IMG/VR virus record: IMGVR_UViG_3300021399_000143
Coordinates: 1-64,000 of that record
Source of the DNA: a virus
Lineage: Duplodnaviria; Caudoviricetes
Length of the DNA: 64,000 nucleotides
Direction: 5' to 3' (one strand)
Part shown: positions 10,645-19,606 of the stretch, piece by piece
How positions within the stretch are numbered: position 1 is the first letter of the stretch
Layout: the number at the start of each line of letters is the position of its first letter
Notes under the pieces: model-generated
What the model was told of the DNA's origin: nothing
Seen by the model: the letters and a program-made list of their open reading frames with translations, nothing else
The model's database searches: none
Made by a program: the position numbers and the translations under genes

Positions 10645-11015
10645 TGGTGGAGGTGCGGAGCTGCTGCCGCTCCGGTCTTGCTCAGGCTTGAACATTGCTT
10701 GGTCATGTGCTTATGCCCATCTTGGTTTCATCTGGTGCAGATAGGGCAATAACTCCCAGATGATTTTATGGAAATGGCTGCGAATGGACGTTCCCATGCT
10801 CCATTGCAGTTGCGTTGGTGGATTAAGCCAGACAAGGTACTCTCGCACAACCTCCCTTGCCCAACTGCTGTCTTACAGATTGATGTTTCTCAATCAAGCA
10901 GCGATGGCATAGTCAGCCTCAGTTTGCTTTGGTCGGATTTTAAGGAAGCCATCTGACCAACTTCCGCACACATAACAATATCCTTGCATCTGCCAATCGA
11001 TACTATTTCACCCCC
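10645..11015 (-). ncRNA. ssrA: tmRNA (one-piece, 371 nt)
   Basis: 5' GGGGGTGAAATAGTATCGAT; 3' GCACCTCCACCA; G3:U70 pair; PK1 GGAAG/CTTCC plus TTGGTC/GACCAA; tag frame ...EADYAIAA-TGA. Confidence 0.9.
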
Positions 11016-11025
11016 AGTTTGTAAA

Positions 11026-11367
11026 TCAACCTTTGTCATTGCAGCAGTCTTCCATAGCGTCAGTTCCAGGACAAACTCCTGTACCGTCGCAATAGGATAT
11101 GAACTCAATCTTTCCCAAAGACTGCCTTGAATCTTGCATCAACTTCTTCACGAAATCAACACTGTCGAGAGCTTCGCCCAAGAGAATGTCTTTGGATGTC
11201 CTTGACAATCCAATTGAACATCTGATGTCCCGAAGCATATCCCTCAACTTTATGATAATGTTCTCTACGTGATCGTATGTATATGGAGCATAACTTCTCG
11301 CTCCAATTGGCAAACTGCCCTGCGTTTCCTTGTCGTCCATGTTGTATGGTTCTCCTTTGGTTTCCAT
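11026..11367 (-). CDS. Hypothetical protein
   Basis: ORF ending 11 nt before the tmRNA; start METKGEP inferred. Confidence 0.5.
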   Translation of the reverse strand: METKGEPYNMDDKETQGSLPIGARSYAPYTYDHVENIIIKLRDMLRDIRCSIGLSRTSKDILLGEALDSVDFVKKLMQDSRQSLGKIEFISYCDGTGVCPGTDAMEDCCNDKG

Positions 11368-11384
11368 ACAACAATTATACATAA

Positions 11385-11585
11385 TCACGTAAGAAGAATG
11401 GCGTTTGTCTCTGGCGTAACGGATGAAACCTGCGTGACGATATTTCCACAAATCCCATGACCAAACTCGCAAAGTGTGGCGTCACTGACTTCAGAATACT
11501 CCTCATAGTCTCTGGAGGTGTCAAGAACAACCTTCCAATCGTCAGGAAATCGTGAAAGCAATCTCTTAAGCTCGGCTACTGTCAT
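11385..11585 (-). CDS. Hypothetical protein
   Basis: MTVAELKRLLSRFPDD phage-type N-terminus; ATGA overlap. Confidence 0.65.
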   Translation of the reverse strand: MTVAELKRLLSRFPDDWKVVLDTSRDYEEYSEVSDATLCEFGHGICGNIVTQVSSVTPETNAILLT

Positions 11586-11797
11586 TTGGATTCCTCGTCG
11601 TCTCGGCAAAGGACATCATAGACATTCTGCATCTGTGGATTGTCCGGGAATGTGCCACCAAACTGCCCAAAATAGTAGGTCATCCTATTCTTGGCTTCCT
11701 TGATGGTTGCCTTGAGTTTGTTGATTTCATCCATCAACTTCCTATGTTCACAAAGTTCCATTCCACGGAACCAACAATCCTTGCAATCGCACGTCAT
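11582..11797 (-). CDS. Small Cys-rich hypothetical protein
   Basis: 71 aa ORF, CxCxxC. Confidence 0.6.
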   Translation of the reverse strand: MTCDCKDCWFRGMELCEHRKLMDEINKLKATIKEAKNRMTYYFGQFGGTFPDNPQMQNVYDVLCRDDEESK

Positions 11798-11800
11798 ATA

Positions 11801-12088
11801 TCAAATCCTGTTGAACGTCCTTATCGCAATCCTTTGATTGTGCTTGTCCAACAATTCCCTGCCTTTTTCTGGGAGATCGTTGTATATGTTCTCCACAAGC
11901 ACATCTATCAAGGTATCGGGGTCGAAATTGCCCTTGAGGGTCAATATTCTGCTGCCCTCTATGCTATAATCTGGCAAGTCGGCGCCAAAGTTCACGAACC
12001 AATTGCCGGTGAGATTGATGCTGTTCCCCGTTTGATAGTCCAATCCACCTAGGTAGATGCCATTAGTTTCGTTGTTTGTCGTTTCCAT
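11801..12088 (-). CDS. Hypothetical protein
   Basis: AAAGGAG RBS before METTNN. Confidence 0.65.
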   Translation of the reverse strand: METTNNETNGIYLGGLDYQTGNSINLTGNWFVNFGADLPDYSIEGSRILTLKGNFDPDTLIDVLVENIYNDLPEKGRELLDKHNQRIAIRTFNRI

Positions 12089-12105
12089 GTTGTATATCTC
12101 CTTTG

Positions 12106-12348
12106 TTACACGTATTGTTCCAAAAGACACTTGACCTTCGCCATCATTTCCCTACCCTTTCGGTCAGCACGCCATCGTTCCTTGCATTCGCCACGAATGA
12201 CAAACGACATGTCCTTGAATATCAACCCCGAGGTAAAGATGTCAATGGACAGTCCATTGAAGTTGCAGAATGCGCGAAGATTGGATTCAATTGAACCAAT
12301 AATCCAAAAAGGCGCAGAAACTATGTTTGTTATCTTGTATGTGTACAT
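12106..12348 (-). CDS. Hypothetical protein
   Basis: 80 aa ORF below a TATAAT at 12364-12369. Confidence 0.55.
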   Translation of the reverse strand: MYTYKITNIVSAPFWIIGSIESNLRAFCNFNGLSIDIFTSGLIFKDMSFVIRGECKERWRADRKGREMMAKVKCLLEQYV

Positions 12349-12386
12349 TGGCGTGTATCCTATATATTATACAACTTTGTTGAATG

Positions 12387-12680
12387 TCAGTAAACTATCT
12401 CGTATTCCTCCTGCAAATCTGATATGTTGTCAAATACCTTCAAATCCCCATTCTCGTCATTCACCATAGCATATTGTCCAATTCGTATTTCACCAAGCCC
12501 CTCAATATACACTACGCCGGATCTCTCGTCTATGCCCCAATTCTCGCAAGGGATGTTCGCCATCACCATGAACCGCTCTATCTCGTCAAGATTGTCTATG
12601 ACGTGTATTGCTGGGGCAAGGCAACGACCCTTGACCTCCAAGGCATATTGTGTTGGAGTTCTCTTCTTTACTGTCATCAT
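12387..12680 (-). CDS. Hypothetical protein
   Basis: 97 aa ORF, TGA stop. Confidence 0.65.
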   Translation of the reverse strand: MMTVKKRTPTQYALEVKGRCLAPAIHVIDNLDEIERFMVMANIPCENWGIDERSGVVYIEGLGEIRIGQYAMVNDENGDLKVFDNISDLQEEYEIVY

Positions 12681-12695
12681 TGGCTATTATCCTTG

Positions 12696-12986
12696 TCAGT
12701 ATATTCCATCCAATATCATCTCAAATGCGGTCTTGGGGTAGTGGAACCAGAACTTCTCAAACTCGTCATCCTCCAACATAATGGCAACCATGTCGGACTT
12801 TGGACGAATCCTCAACTTTCCTCCATCACACCAACCAATGCAGCGCTTCTTGATCTCCCTCGCCATGATCTTCGCGTCAGTGCTGCTTCGGAAGTCAAGG
12901 TCAAGCCGACCGCCATAGTCCGACTCGTATCTCTCCCAAGAGAACTCATCCGGACTTATCTCATCTATGTGAATCTTCTTCGCCAT
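12696..12986 (-). CDS. Hypothetical protein
   Basis: ORF; start MAKKIHI abuts upstream TGA. Confidence 0.65.
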   Translation of the reverse strand: MAKKIHIDEISPDEFSWERYESDYGGRLDLDFRSSTDAKIMAREIKKRCIGWCDGGKLRIRPKSDMVAIMLEDDEFEKFWFHYPKTAFEMILDGIY

Positions 12987-12987
12987 G

Positions 12988-13248
12988 TCAATCGTCCATA
13001 AGCTTGTCAAACCCAAGGAACCGGGTAATCCACCAATGCTTGCGCTTGTTGGTCATCGTCGGAACATTTTGGTTGATTAAAGGATTGTCCTTGGTCATAT
13101 AGGCATCCTCAAACGCCTGCTCATCCGAGCGAATGGCAGACATCCACACGATGATGATTGGGGATATGCAAATGTGCCACAGGAGCTGAAATGGGAAATA
13201 CCCCAGCATAAGCAGGAATTTCTTGGCTCTTCGCTTCTGATCTGACAT
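12988..13248 (-). CDS. Small membrane protein
   Basis: One hydrophobic segment; packed between neighbours. Confidence 0.6.
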   Translation of the reverse strand: MSDQKRRAKKFLLMLGYFPFQLLWHICISPIIIVWMSAIRSDEQAFEDAYMTKDNPLINQNVPTMTNKRKHWWITRFLGFDKLMDD

Positions 13249-13250
13249 AA

Positions 13251-13718
13251 TCAATTTCCTCCTTGGATTTTCTTTGCTATAATCTTGGCAACCTCCCCAG
13301 TCACCAGCTTCTGAAACTTCTTGCTCTTGAAGTCAATGCCATTGACAATGTTCTCAGCAATCTGCTCCAACCTCTCCTTGAACTTGGTCTTGACGATGGT
13401 TTCAAGCATCTCAAGAACGATGCCCACCTTTCGGTCTCCATATTCCCGCATATCCTTCGTCAGAACATACTTGAGCGAATCCTCGTCCAAGAGGATCTTG
13501 CCAACCTTTTCAGTGAGAACTCGCTCAAGGTCAATGTGGTGCTTTTCCTCCACAATCTTGCCCACGATTGAATAAGCACTGTTGGACAAAATCCTCTCTG
13601 CGTCCGAGGATGTACGCAACTTGTCTATGACGAAATCGCGCCAAACCCTCTCAGCCATGTCCACCATCGTATCGTGGCCGAGATAGGTGTCCAGGTTTAT
13701 GATCGCGTCAGTTGCCAT
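13251..13718 (-). CDS. Hypothetical protein
   Basis: 155 aa ORF, tightly packed. Confidence 0.7.
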   Translation of the reverse strand: MATDAIINLDTYLGHDTMVDMAERVWRDFVIDKLRTSSDAERILSNSAYSIVGKIVEEKHHIDLERVLTEKVGKILLDEDSLKYVLTKDMREYGDRKVGIVLEMLETIVKTKFKERLEQIAENIVNGIDFKSKKFQKLVTGEVAKIIAKKIQGGN

Positions 13719-13719
13719 A

Positions 13720-14169
13720 TCAACCCTCCTTGGAAAGCCTCTTCATTTCGTTCTGGATGAACTCATCCAGCTTCAGAAGATTCTTGAACTTCATCGTCTC
13801 GCCAGAGGATGACACGAACGTATATCCCTTGCCGGCCATCTGGTCAGTCTCAATGTCGCGATCCCAACCCAGGTAGTTCATGGTGCAAGCCATAATCATC
13901 ACTGCCCAGGACATGAAGTTGATGGACCAATTGATGTTGGACTTGGTTCCGTATGCAATCCACACCCTCCGGGTTCCCATTTTGTACCTTCTGCAAACCT
14001 CGAAATGTTCGTGCTTGCCATTGTCTGCCTTGTAAATCTCATTCACCCAGGAAATGATGTCCTTCTGAACATCAGCCTCGTCCTTGACAATGAACTCGCG
14101 TTCATCAGCAAGAATTGACTTTCCATGCCCATTGTCAGTCCAGTCGAAGGTCAGAATCATCTTTTTCAT
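13720..14169 (-). CDS. Hypothetical protein
   Basis: 149 aa ORF, first gene after promoter cassette. Confidence 0.7.
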   Translation of the reverse strand: MKKMILTFDWTDNGHGKSILADEREFIVKDEADVQKDIISWVNEIYKADNGKHEHFEVCRRYKMGTRRVWIAYGTKSNINWSINFMSWAVMIMACTMNYLGWDRDIETDQMAGKGYTFVSSSGETMKFKNLLKLDEFIQNEMKRLSKEG

Positions 14170-14191
14170 GGGTTCTCCTATTTCTTTTCTT

Positions 14192-14270
14192 ACAACACCT
14201 ATATTATCTCATATTTCAGTAAGAATGTCAATACCCCTTTCATGTCAGATTTCTGACCCTTAATACCCCT
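14192..14270 (-). promoter_or_regulatory. Early promoter cassette copy 1 (TTGACA-17-GATAAT; GTCAGAnnTCTGAC palindrome)
   Basis: Shares ACAACACCTATA, ATGTCAATA.CCC and TCTGACCCT.AATACC with 40349-40435. Confidence 0.65.
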
Positions 14271-14337
14271 CCAAAAAAGAAATTGACCCGGGATTATGCC
14301 CCAAGGTCAAGTTCCCTATTTATGGTGATGCAATCTA

Positions 14338-15111
14338 TCAATAGCCAAATCGCTTCAATAACTTGTCCTCATCAACAAGAATCCACTCGTCATCGTAATC
14401 GAACCTCATGCCCCCATGTGCCTTTTCAAGAGCAAGTTCAACTTGATATACAAGTTCCTCAAAGCAATCAACAAGTCCAAGGTCAATTACAACAGTCTCA
14501 ATTTCCCCAGACTCAATCCCAAGTTCCTTGTCGTCAATCATCCATTGGACTTCAACCTCATCTTCGGATTCAGACCAATCGTCAGATTCATCACCCTCAG
14601 AGACTTGGGCTTCAATACCATTCACCCTCAGACCGAAATCATCCACATAATCTTCTTCCTCGTCGTCCTTCTTTCCCTTTCCAATGGACTTCCAACGCTT
14701 TCGGAACCTCTCAAACTCCTCCCTATCCTTCGCCGTTAGGGGACGTGTATTCCTAGCCTTCTCGGCAAAGTTTCCCCTTATTGGATTGCAATGCTGGGTC
14801 TTATACACCTCGTCATCCTCACCCTTCTTCTGAAGGTCGTTCCACTGAACCGCAAACTCCTTGAACTTGTCACCTTGCGCGTCCATCAATACCCTTGCGA
14901 GGCGTTCCTTGTCCTTCACCAAGTCAAAGATGGACTCGTCAGAGTTCTGAAGAAGCTTGTCGTCTCCATACTTGCCCAACTTTGGCTCATAGTAGAGAAT
15001 GTCCCCGGCATTGTCATCCACAATGCACTCAATCCCATTTTGATCGCAACTTGAAATGACGTCAGCGATGTATTCAACGCCAATCTTGGATTCCGTAACG
15101 ATTACTTTCAT
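14338..15111 (-). CDS. Acidic hypothetical protein
   Basis: 257 aa ORF; TGTAAATA motif at 15150-15157. Confidence 0.7.
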   Translation of the reverse strand: MKVIVTESKIGVEYIADVISSCDQNGIECIVDDNAGDILYYEPKLGKYGDDKLLQNSDESIFDLVKDKERLARVLMDAQGDKFKEFAVQWNDLQKKGEDDEVYKTQHCNPIRGNFAEKARNTRPLTAKDREEFERFRKRWKSIGKGKKDDEEEDYVDDFGLRVNGIEAQVSEGDESDDWSESEDEVEVQWMIDDKELGIESGEIETVVIDLGLVDCFEELVYQVELALEKAHGGMRFDYDDEWILVDEDKLLKRFGY

Positions 15112-15166
15112 GTCTATACACCTATATTGAAATTGTTGTCGTACAAGTGTATTTACAATTAAGGCA

Positions 15167-15991
15167 TCAAAAGTTTGGGATATCCACGTTCATCTGTGCA
15201 AGAGCCTCTTGCCTCTTCTTCCAATCAATGAGAATCTTGTCCTTGTAGGGAAGGTACTTGCCATCAATCTCGTAGAACTTGCAACCAGTCTCTGCATGGA
15301 AATGGCAGATGAACTTCCTGAAGGTGGCGTCAGGCTCAACGAAACCACCCTCCTTGAGGATATGCTCGTACATCGTGAGCTGAAGCCCGTAAAGATTCAA
15401 TTCGCAATCTTCAAGGTCGTCGATGGGAGAAAGGAAGGTGTCCCCCCACTCGTTGCCAGTGCGAATCTTCTTGTTGGTCTTCCAATCCACCAAGATGTAC
15501 TCGTTGGGGTTGGTCTTGTGCTTGCCAATGAGGTCAATCGTTCCGGCCACGTTGATAACCGAGTCGAAGATGATTTTCTCGCTCTCGTAGTCGTAGGGAC
15601 GCTCCTTGAGCTTGCCACAAACAGCCTCAATCTGCTTGAACACCACCTGCTGCTCCGGGGAGAATTGGGAATCATCCACGAACTCGCCATTGAAGATTCG
15701 CTCTGCTACACTGTGCATCCTCGTTCCATGCTTGCATGCGGTCTTGTTGATTTTCGCCCACCTGTCCTTTATCTCCTGCTGGGTCACGCCCTCCTTCTTT
15801 GCGCAAAGGGCAGACATACCCTCCAAGTCAAAGGGCTTCTGATACTTGTGGATTAGCGTGGTGACGCTGATGGGCTTGTACTTGAGTTGCTGATCCTTGT
15901 CGAACACCCTATACACATGTCCCTTGTCCTCAAAGCAAATCTCAAGTCCATTGTGCTTGATTGCTGCCTTCTTCTCTGAACTTACTGCCAT
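15167..15991 (-). CDS. PD-(D/E)XK superfamily exonuclease
   Basis: SVTTLI...GT.MH...SEKIIFD...VAGTIDLI...LVDWKT...QL..Y. Confidence 0.8.
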   Translation of the reverse strand: MAVSSEKKAAIKHNGLEICFEDKGHVYRVFDKDQQLKYKPISVTTLIHKYQKPFDLEGMSALCAKKEGVTQQEIKDRWAKINKTACKHGTRMHSVAERIFNGEFVDDSQFSPEQQVVFKQIEAVCGKLKERPYDYESEKIIFDSVINVAGTIDLIGKHKTNPNEYILVDWKTNKKIRTGNEWGDTFLSPIDDLEDCELNLYGLQLTMYEHILKEGGFVEPDATFRKFICHFHAETGCKFYEIDGKYLPYKDKILIDWKKRQEALAQMNVDIPNF

Positions 15992-16011
15992 TGTTGTATT
16001 GTCCTTTCGTA

Positions 16012-16737
16012 TTAACTAAACTCTATGTCCTTCTCGTCAATGCCATATTCAGAAAGAAACTCAACGTATTCCTGAATCCTGCCATAGGTGCTGTTCATTT
16101 CAGACTCCATCTTCGCCAAAGACTCCTTGAGTTTCTTGCACTTCTCCTCAGCTTGCTCACGTCCATACGTTGCCGTACCCCAAGAAGCATCTGACTTCAT
16201 TTCAATCGCAAAGGCATTCACCGAAACAAGCAAGTCATTCACTTCCATTGCATCGGCAGCAGTATTGACCTTTGGGATGCCCAACATCATCGTGGCAAAG
16301 GCATCCCCATACCTGTCGAGAAACTTCGCCGCAATCGTACACATCAACACATAGGAAAGTTTGCTTGTCGATGTGCTTCTTGACGAACCCCTGAAATACC
16401 AGCAGAAATCCTCCACCACAAGGGCTTGCTTGAAACCCCACTCTTCATCGCTCAATGAATCCACAAACTTCTTGATGATTTCTGAATCAATGTCCTCCAT
16501 CAACCAAGGCGCATATTCATCGTTGGATGGAATCAAACGCTTCAATTCCACCCGAATTGGTTCCAAATTATACGGACCCGGCTTGTGGATGACGAAACCA
16601 AACCTGACCTTGGAGTTGAAGTCGCCAACCGACAGACCATATTCATGGTCGCTGTACAAGGCGTGACGACGATATCCCGGAATACCAAAGGATTTCGCGC
16701 ACTTCAAGTCTATGCATTGGATGTCAGATGAATACAT
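16012..16737 (-). CDS. Paralogue array A, member 4
   Basis: C-terminal coiled coil ending LSEYGI; similar to three neighbours. Confidence 0.75.
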   Translation of the reverse strand: MYSSDIQCIDLKCAKSFGIPGYRRHALYSDHEYGLSVGDFNSKVRFGFVIHKPGPYNLEPIRVELKRLIPSNDEYAPWLMEDIDSEIIKKFVDSLSDEEWGFKQALVVEDFCWYFRGSSRSTSTSKLSYVLMCTIAAKFLDRYGDAFATMMLGIPKVNTAADAMEVNDLLVSVNAFAIEMKSDASWGTATYGREQAEEKCKKLKESLAKMESEMNSTYGRIQEYVEFLSEYGIDEKDIEFS

Positions 16738-16782
16738 GGGTGTTCTTTCTTCTCTACATTATACAACTTATGAAGATGGAAG

Positions 16783-17514
16783 TTAAAGATTGACTACAAT
16801 CCCAAACTTCTCAGAAAGGGTGTTCATCGCGTCTGCCGCACCATTGCAAGTCAAGTCAAATTGAGCGTTGTAATCCCCAATCTTCTTGGACTCTTCCTTG
16901 AGCTTGCTCCTGAAACCTTCAATCTCCCTCTCGTAATACTCATTCCTCCTGTAACTTAACACGGACAAAGAATGAATCACGCCCATCACATTGGCAGCAT
17001 CGTCAAGGTTCTTGATGGTATTCGGATAAAGGCAAGCGATGGCCAGTGCTGGGCCAAACTTACGAATCATCATGCCAGCGAAAGTATATGCAATGTTGTC
17101 GAGATTGACTCCCTCAGCCATCTTGCGCCAATCATCCCTCTTGAACTTGAACAGGATTCTGTTTCCCTGCTCAAACTCCACAACCTCCAAGTATTTCCAC
17201 CACTCGTTTCCATGTCCCCAAGCATCCTTGACTTCAAGGAATTGCAAATTGGGGAACAGATTGTGGAATGCCTTTGGTGAAATTGGAACATAGTCCTGCT
17301 CCTTGAACTTCTTGTATAGAACCTCCTGCATGATGTCATTCTTGCCAATATAGACATTCACCAGATAACGAGAGGTGATATATGCGTCACACCGAGCAAA
17401 ATAGGATTGAAGCCTATAGCCAGAAAGTTCAAGGGCATAGGATTTCCTACGGTTGCAATGCCAACCGTAGTTTCTCATGTGCTTGAACACATCAACCCAA
17501 GATTGTCTATTCAT
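16783..17514 (-). CDS. Paralogue array A, member 3
   Basis: ...AADAMNTLSEKFGI. Confidence 0.75.
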   Translation of the reverse strand: MNRQSWVDVFKHMRNYGWHCNRRKSYALELSGYRLQSYFARCDAYITSRYLVNVYIGKNDIMQEVLYKKFKEQDYVPISPKAFHNLFPNLQFLEVKDAWGHGNEWWKYLEVVEFEQGNRILFKFKRDDWRKMAEGVNLDNIAYTFAGMMIRKFGPALAIACLYPNTIKNLDDAANVMGVIHSLSVLSYRRNEYYEREIEGFRSKLKEESKKIGDYNAQFDLTCNGAADAMNTLSEKFGIVVNL

Positions 17515-17543
17515 ATTTCTTTCCTCTGACTTCTAATTCATCA

Positions 17544-18287
17544 TTAAGATAGTTTGTATTCAATGCCAAACCTGCGTAAAATCTCAGAACATTGCTCAAA
17601 GGTATTGTGGTCTTCGCTGTTGTAGATGTCAAGTTCCTCAATCTCCCTCTTCTTCTGCAATATGAGGGTCTTATACTCCCTTATCTGAGACGAAATCCTG
17701 CCAGAGCCATCCATTTCATTCACGAAGTCGTCAATCTTGGATATGTGGTCATGCACTTTCTTTGCGTCCCACATTGACTTGACTTTCCCAGGGAAGGACA
17801 AAGCAATTGCCAGGAAACTCCCATTGTCGAACAATAGTCCCCCGGCAAGGGAATTGGATGTGCGCTCGTCATATCGGTTCAATTCCACAACCCAATCGCC
17901 ACACAAGCCCTTGAAGAAGGAACGCCCAGGAGCAAGCTCAACGATTGCATCCCTATACCTCGGCATGTCTGAAAGGATTGTACGAAGCAACTTTGGGTCT
18001 ATTGGATACGTATCCTTCCACCCATCAAACCTCCTCTGATAGCGAAGCTCTACAACGCTTTCAAGGGGATGTTGCTTGTTCCAATACATCGTCAGGAAGA
18101 AGTAATCCACAAAGCAAGCCATTGAAGGAAACCCAACCAGAAGGAAGTTGTTGGTTCTGAAGGCAACCTTCTGAGTATTTGGGATACTGATTGGATGCGT
18201 CTTGTCAAGGGGAATCTTCGTGAGTTTCAATCCCATTTCATCATGCCTCCACTTCTGGCTTTGTGCGACAATGTTCATCAATGTCAA
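17544..18287 (-). CDS. Paralogue array A, member 2
   Basis: ...LAIALSFPGKVKSMWDA...EILRRFGI (true start may be internal). Confidence 0.75.
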   Translation of the reverse strand: MTLMNIVAQSQKWRHDEMGLKLTKIPLDKTHPISIPNTQKVAFRTNNFLLVGFPSMACFVDYFFLTMYWNKQHPLESVVELRYQRRFDGWKDTYPIDPKLLRTILSDMPRYRDAIVELAPGRSFFKGLCGDWVVELNRYDERTSNSLAGGLLFDNGSFLAIALSFPGKVKSMWDAKKVHDHISKIDDFVNEMDGSGRISSQIREYKTLILQKKREIEELDIYNSEDHNTFEQCSEILRRFGIEYKLS

Positions 18288-19029
18288 TCTCTATGCCATA
18301 TGTGTCAGAGAGAATGTTCATTGCATCAGCAGATTCCTCAAACAACTCAGAAAGTTCATCCTCATTCTCCTTGAGCGAAATCTCCAACCCCTTCAACTTG
18401 TCTATGCACTCGCGCTTCTTGACATTGTGTCTGTCGATCTTTATGCTGTACGCAACGTCATTGATGTCAGTTAGCGCTGCAGCTATGTCGTTCAATTCCC
18501 TTGCAGTGGAGATTCTGTCGCCATATAGAAGGAACAATGGAAACTTGACTTGCCAATTGGTCAAGAACCTGCCAATCAGGCAATCACTGAGACGATTTGC
18601 TATCTTGCCAACATTCATCCCAAGATCACATTTGATTGCTGGTGTCTTTCCATCTGGCAACGTCGTCAGAAGACATTTGATTTGTCTGCATTGCTCCAAA
18701 GACTCGCAATTAAAGGAACTTTCCTCTCCAACGAACATATCCACGAACCTGAGCCACGTTATGTAGTCGATTCGCTTCCATTTGTCTGCGGGAATTCCCC
18801 AATCATCCTTGCCATCAAGAACTCCATACTTGACCTCCACAAATGCCCATTGGGATGGAGGTGGCTCAATATGCACACCGATCAGAAAGCGCATTCTTGT
18901 TCCATCATAGCAATTGTCTATTCGGAAACAAGATGAAGTCACGAACGCCCGATTGACAAATCCCTTTATGTGTTCAATTCCGGAATCCACGTTCTTTACT
19001 GCGGTCAAATATAGTTTCTCAGAGGACAT
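18241..19029 (-). CDS. Paralogue array A, member 1
   Basis: ...SADAMNILSDTYGI. Confidence 0.75.
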   Translation of the reverse strand: MSSEKLYLTAVKNVDSGIEHIKGFVNRAFVTSSCFRIDNCYDGTRMRFLIGVHIEPPPSQWAFVEVKYGVLDGKDDWGIPADKWKRIDYITWLRFVDMFVGEESSFNCESLEQCRQIKCLLTTLPDGKTPAIKCDLGMNVGKIANRLSDCLIGRFLTNWQVKFPLFLLYGDRISTARELNDIAAALTDINDVAYSIKIDRHNVKKRECIDKLKGLEISLKENEDELSELFEESADAMNILSDTYGIEIDIDEHCRTKPEVEA

Positions 19030-19032
19030 GAC

Positions 19033-19569
19033 TCAATACCAAGGATAGTAGAACACAACATGGTCGTCATCCCAACAAGACAAGGCTTCGACAAACCCCT
19101 CCTTGTACCCAGCAGCAACAATCTTCTTCACGTCATCCTTGGTCAAATAGACCTCAACCAGATTGTCATGTTCCTTGTCCTTCCAGAAGTTGTCTATGAT
19201 GAAGTTGTGCAAATCCCAATCCCTGTCGAAATAAGCAAGTTCCATCAAGAGGTCAGTTTCATCCAACCCAAACTGCTTGCCATCAAAGATGGGACGCAAG
19301 TCATTCCCCAGACGCAAGCCATGCTTCTTGGCAACCCTACGTACAGCGCGGCGAAGATTCCTAACTCCAACCTTCTGCTCATTGGTGTATGAATCCCAAT
19401 CATTGTAGCCAAACTCATTCTTTGGCAAGGAATCCATCAACCCCTTCCACTTTGGCTTGGCCGACAAGGCTTCAATGTCCTTGGAATACGCCTTGCGAAT
19501 CTCGCCAAACTTCTTTGACGCTTCAACTCTACGCTTTGAAGTTCTGTACAAATGTCCATCAAGACCCAT
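19033..19569 (-). CDS. Phage hypothetical protein
   Basis: MGLDGHLY N-terminus; promoter TTGACA-18-TATAAT at 19606-19635. Confidence 0.7.
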   Translation of the reverse strand: MGLDGHLYRTSKRRVEASKKFGEIRKAYSKDIEALSAKPKWKGLMDSLPKNEFGYNDWDSYTNEQKVGVRNLRRAVRRVAKKHGLRLGNDLRPIFDGKQFGLDETDLLMELAYFDRDWDLHNFIIDNFWKDKEHDNLVEVYLTKDDVKKIVAAGYKEGFVEALSCWDDDHVVFYYPWY

Positions 19570-19606
19570 TTTCTGCCTTTCCTTTCTTTGGATTCATTTG
19601 GTGATA

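Noticed and set aside
10768-11108. Track ORFs 10768-10956 (+) and 10890-11108 (-)
   Set aside because: They overlap the tmRNA, whose structure explains the sequence
15167-15991. Cas4 assignment
   Set aside because: PD-(D/E)XK motifs are present but not the Cas4 1+3 cysteine Fe-S arrangement, and there is no CRISPR context
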